From NCBI RefSeq assembly GCF_009914755.1, contig NC_060934.1: a DNA stretch of 64,000 nucleotides, one strand, 5' to 3'. The position numbers and the translations under genes are program-made. The notes under the pieces were generated by a model that ran no database searches, had not been told where the DNA came from, and saw nothing but the letters and a program-made list of their open reading frames with translations. Shown here in pieces: positions 59,101-64,000 of the stretch (position 1 is the stretch's first letter; each line of letters starts with the position of its first letter). Source of the stretch: the human T2T-CHM13v2.0 reference genome, Homo sapiens.

Positions 59101-60721
59101 ATATACATTTAATTTTCACTTTGCTCAGGCTCCAGTATGGTCTTACATGGCACTGCATGGCAGTAAACTGCTCCTCAACTTCAACTTGGGTAGCTGTATG
59201 TTAAGCTTCCCTCCAAGAGATAACATTACCATTATTATTCTACAGCAAGAAAGACTTACAGTTGTTATGTAATGGTAAAAGCTTGTAACACTGGTAACAT
59301 TCCAACACTGTTCTGAGCAATTCATAGTTGTTTCACACTTACTCCACACTACAACCCTGTGAAATAAGCATTTTTATATATTTTTATGTTAAATTAAATG
59401 AAGGGTAGAGGGTCCTGAGTAATCATAAGTAGGAAGTATCAGACTTGAATCTAATTTCCTCTGATCCTAAAGTCAGAGCTATTAATGGCTATACTGTATT
59501 GCTGTCTAATAATAATGTATCTTGTCAGTGAAAAATAAGCCAAGTGATAACAAATCTTGTACCCATTGGTGCTATTCTACTTCATTTTTCTGCAATGAAG
59601 GCTTACTCCAGCATGTAATTTTAAAATTAGAAAAAATAATGGAAATTGTTTATGACTCAAAAAAAAGACTAAAAATAATTGTTCTTGAAATCATACAACC
59701 CAAGAAATAATACTTGATTTAGATTTTTGCAAAAAGCTTATTTGAACAGTATATGCAATTTTTCTTTCCTGCACTCCCAAGGTTATAACAGAAAAGACAA
59801 ACAAATTTATTTTAAATGTTTATAAATCCACAACTTGTCAAGCATATTATCAAGCCCTGGCATTTTCCTGCTATCAAAGCATATTAGCACAATCTCTTTA
59901 TTGTTCCAAAGTTTCTAAGGCAAACCTTACATCTTCTGTCTGAATGCCAGTGGAAGAGTTTCCACAGGAGTGCTCTCATAAAACTCAAGAGATTTTATTT
60001 CCTTTCTTTAGCTCTCTCACTACCTGTATAAATTCACCATGTGTTTATGGATTCCAAAGTACTGCCTCAGGATTTAAACATGTGTATAATAAATACATGT
60101 ATTGAAGCCCACTATTACAGGGGTTATTAAATTTTATAATTTATATAATGAGCAGGAAGCCAGAAGTAAAAGTCCTTGTTTGACCCAAGTTACTGTCGGT
60201 TTCACAACTCATCAGAGAAGAAAAAAGAACAACTGTGGAAAAGATGTCAGGCATCTTAGATGGCTACTCTGGTTAGACTGAGGCTTTTTCCCATATGCTA
60301 CCTTGAAGAAAGAGCACAGAACAGTCAGGATGCATGAGTAGGCAGGAGGCGCTCTCCAGCCTTTGCTGTCATTTCTGTTCTAAAGAACAAGTTCCCAGAG
60401 GCCTCTACTATGTGATATTTGTCAGCCAATTATTTGTGGAAAAGGAAGAAATGGGAGGCAAAAACATGGTAGATGAAGTTCTGCCTCATTCCCCTGACCT
60501 GGTAAAAATGACAGAGCATTCCCCAGAAGCCTGGATTTGCTCTTATTTGTTTCCATGGAAGACAAATGATAGAACTTTATTTAACCCCAAAGCTCAGAGG
60601 AAATGCATAGGGAGGAAATAGACAGATGGAAATAATACCACCACTTTTACCCTCAAGATGGGAAAATGTTATGTTATCTTTCTTTATTATCAAATTGAAT
60701 AAATAAATAAAAAGCCTACTT

Positions 60722-61580
60722 CTTTTATTTTTTATTATTATTATACTTTAAGTTTTAGGGTACATGTGCACAATGTGCAGGTTAGTTACATATGTATACA
60801 TGTGGCATGTTGGTGTGCTGCACCCATTAACTCCTCATTTAGCATTAGGTATATCTCCCAATGCTATCCCTCCCCCCTCCTCCCACCCCACAACAGTCTC
60901 CTGTGTGTGATGTTCCCCTTCCTGTGTCCATGTGTTCTCATTGTTCAATTCCCACCTATGAGTGAGAACATGCGGTGTTTGGTTTTTTGTCCTTGCGATA
61001 GTTTGCTGAGAATGATGGTTTCCAGCTTCATCCATGTCCCTACAAAGGACATGAACTCATCATTTTTTATGGCTGCATAGTATTCCATGGTGTATATGTG
61101 CCACAGTTTCTTAATCCAGTCTATCATTGTTGGACATTTGGGTTGGTTCCAAGTCTTTGCTATTGTGAATAGTGCCGCAATAAACATACGTGTGCATGTG
61201 TCTTTATAGCAGCATGATTTATAGTCCTTTGGGTATATACCCAGTAATGGGATGGCTGGGTCAAATGGTATTTCTAGTTCTAGATCCCTGAGGAATCGCC
61301 ACGCTGACTTCCACAATGGTTGAACTAGTTTACAGTCCCACCAACAGTGTAAAAGTGTTCCTATTTCTCCACATCCTCTCCAGCACCTGTTGTTTCCTGA
61401 CTTTTTAATGATTGCCATTCTAACTGGTGTGAGATGGTATCTCATTGTGGTTTTGATTTGCATTTCTCTGATGGCCAGTGATGGTGAGCATTTTTTCATG
61501 TGTTTTTTGGCTGCATAAATGTCTTCTTTTGAGAAGTGTCTGTTCATGTCCTTCGCCCATTTTTGATGGGGTTGTTTGTT
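60722..61580 (-). mobile_element. Young L1PA (about L1PA3), 5'-truncated
   Basis: Near-consensus 3'UTR, non-Ta GAG allele, TSD taaaaagcctactt at 60708-60721 and 61581-61594. Confidence 0.96.
60945..61547 (-). pseudogene. L1 ORF2p C-terminal 200 aa (cysteine-rich domain), truncated remnant
   Basis: [20 protein letters not shown]...[26 protein letters not shown]...[10 protein letters not shown] is the L1 ORF2p end; lacks EN/RT and promoter. Confidence 0.95.
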
Positions 61581-64000
61581 TAAAAAGCCTACTTTTACAA
61601 TTTAAATGTTCTTCATTTTGGATAGGTTTCTAAACACAGTCATCTTGACTAATTAGCACTTAATATGTTCCTTTTTCATGCCAGGATATGTACTTAATTA
61701 GTGATGTTATTAACACGATCCATAGTGCACTTAAACATGTAAAACATCAGGAAGTAGCATATTCTCAATAATATATTTATTATGCATACAGCCTCTAATA
61801 CTGAGTGATTCCTTGAATATGTAAGTCCATTATGCCATTAATTTAAAATTTTTCAGTCAGTATTCCAAACTTTCTGATAAAAATTTTAATTCCATTGTAG
61901 AATGAAACATTGCCTCATGCCTTCAGATAGACTTAGTAGTTAGTGCTTCTTTCTGTTATACTATAAGTTATTGTTTAATATCTTTATGCCTTACACTGTA
62001 GATACCTTGTCTTTTTTATATTTACACCACAGGAACTTGGTAAAAAGCCTAATTTTCTTATGAGGGAGTCAATAAATGTTTGTTAATTGAAAAAAAATCC
62101 AATCAGTCTGTAGGTCTGATATCTGGAAATTTTCAATCAGCTATATTGCTTTGTGGAAATTCTTCCTGACATAAAGATAGTTTAATAAAAGTATGGTTAA
62201 TCATATCAAAGAAAATTATGTTCAAAATGGATTTAAAATGGTAGATGTGTGAGGAGAATATAAGATGGCAAGATACAACTGAAACAAAAAAAAATTGAAA
62301 TGAGATTAGCACACCCAACAGAAATAATTTATGGATCTATTAAAGCAATATGTCATATTGTGGGGAATACATACATATGTATGTATGTGTGTGTGTGTGT
62401 ATATGTATATATATGTATGTAATATGAGGGAAAAGGAGTTGGAAAATCTAATTCGACTTATAATTAAAAGCAAAATTGCTGTGTTGTGGTAAAAATTTCA
62501 GGTAAACAGTGGGTCATAATTTTCTGTTGTACCATACAAATAACCTGTAAGATTTCAAGCATGCCAAGACTCATTATTTTTACATCTACACTAAAAATAT
62601 GAGGATGGGACGTTAAAAGTTTCCCATTTCCTAAATTACCAAAGATGGGCTAATATATACCAGAAAAGGCAAATATAAAGCTATTGTATTACTAACTACT
62701 ATTCCCTCCCTAGAAGGTATCAAAAATTGTTCCTAACATACTTTTCTAGTGAACTTATATGCAGACTTAGAATTTGGGACATGGCACTTTGAACAACCAC
62801 AAGCAATCACTAGGAGTTGTCTATTGAGATGAGACATATTTGTTTTTCCTACCAAAAACACACAAAAACATCCTGGTTGAACTTCTGTGCATGCCAGGAA
62901 CCTGGTTCCAAGTGCACATATGGGAATACATGTGTTGTAGGGAATGGAGGCCAGGAAATGTCTTATGATAGCAGATGGCCAGATAGCCAGTTCACCTCTG
63001 GATGACAGTGGCTGCTCTAACAGGACAGTGATGTCAACACTAGCAATGACATTGATATGTCTCAAGTGCTCTCTCAAAGAAATGCCACTCAGTATGAAGT
63101 CTCTCCTGAGTCCACTAGCCAGAATACAAATATATATAATGGTTTCAAATGCTTGCTCAAGTAATACTGCAGTGAACACTTTATTTTTTATACATTGTCA
63201 AACAAACAGCAGATGATAACATTCAATAATCCTAAACTGGGCAGTGTACGAACTAGTGACTACAACATGATCCATTGAAAAAATATTTTTATTAGCCTCC
63301 TGAGCCTTGGTCTTAAAAGTGTCTTCATTCTGCTAATTTTCAATATTGTACTTTTTAATTTTAATTATTTTCATCAAGTCTGCAAGATAGACAGTGAGAG
63401 AAAAAGCAATTTTCAGTACACAGTCTTTTAAATCAACTAAATTTCATTCCTTTTTCTCTCCTTTGGGAGCAGAGTCCTGATTTTCAACATAGAAGATCTG
63501 GCAGAAAACAACTGCATCTTATTAAATTGCCTGCTGGGCTTACTGAAACTTTAAAAATTATTGTAGAGCTAATCACCACTTTCATTTAGCTGGCAAAGAC
63601 AACAGATATTTAGTATATCTACCATGTTCCAAGTTCTCTGAACATGATGCCCAACAATGTATAAGAAAGCAAATTTTCAATATGAGTAATTTGGAATGGG
63701 GATTTAAAAAACTTTTTGCGCAGGTGATGAAATAAGTTTTTATATGAATCAACAATATTTTCCCCACTAAACTTCTTTTTAAACATTATATACCAACATA
63801 TATGTAATCTTACATTATATACATAGATATGCAATCTTATGCTATATAAAAACACATATTTATACAACTGAATAGCTTATTTGGAAGGCTTTCTTTTGCT
63901 CTTGGATATTTCATAAATGCTGTGGCTTATCAACTACCATTGGTACTGATACCTTGAATTAATTATCAACTAGGTTACAGGGAAGCAAATGTTTTGGATA

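Noticed and set aside
62733-63216. 148-aa minus ORF and overlapping 90-aa plus ORF
   Set aside because: Minus ORF starts at GTG; no recognisable domain or clear splice boundaries; may be non-coding regulatory DNA

Overview
AT-rich primate (human-like) genomic DNA, most consistent with a large intron or gene desert. Much of the window is interspersed repeats: about 10 Alus (AluY, AluS, one monomer), L1 fragments from old L1M to young L1PA, L2/MIR relics, MaLR/ERVL LTRs (THE1, MLT1, MLT2) and DNA transposons (MER3, MER85, Tigger2), plus microsatellites. I recognise no cellular protein-coding exon and cannot name the host gene. The only real protein-coding remnant is an L1 ORF2 C-terminus (60945-61547, minus); the other listed ORFs are repeat-derived or chance. 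The best non-repeat signal is a CpG-retaining, motif-rich block at ~36.75-37.33 kb that looks like a minus-strand alternative promoter/first exon ending in a consensus donor. Other points of interest: a ~225-bp locally templated duplication with flanking direct repeats, a perfect 56-bp AT-rich palindrome, a MER85 with its internal palindrome, an Alu with the 12-bp Yc3/Yd-type deletion, a close inverted young-Alu pair, and candidate enhancer motifs (CRE, duplicated AP-1, everted nuclear-receptor repeat). I find no convincing evidence of a new biological system. Repeat subfamily names come from remembered consensus features, not a database search.
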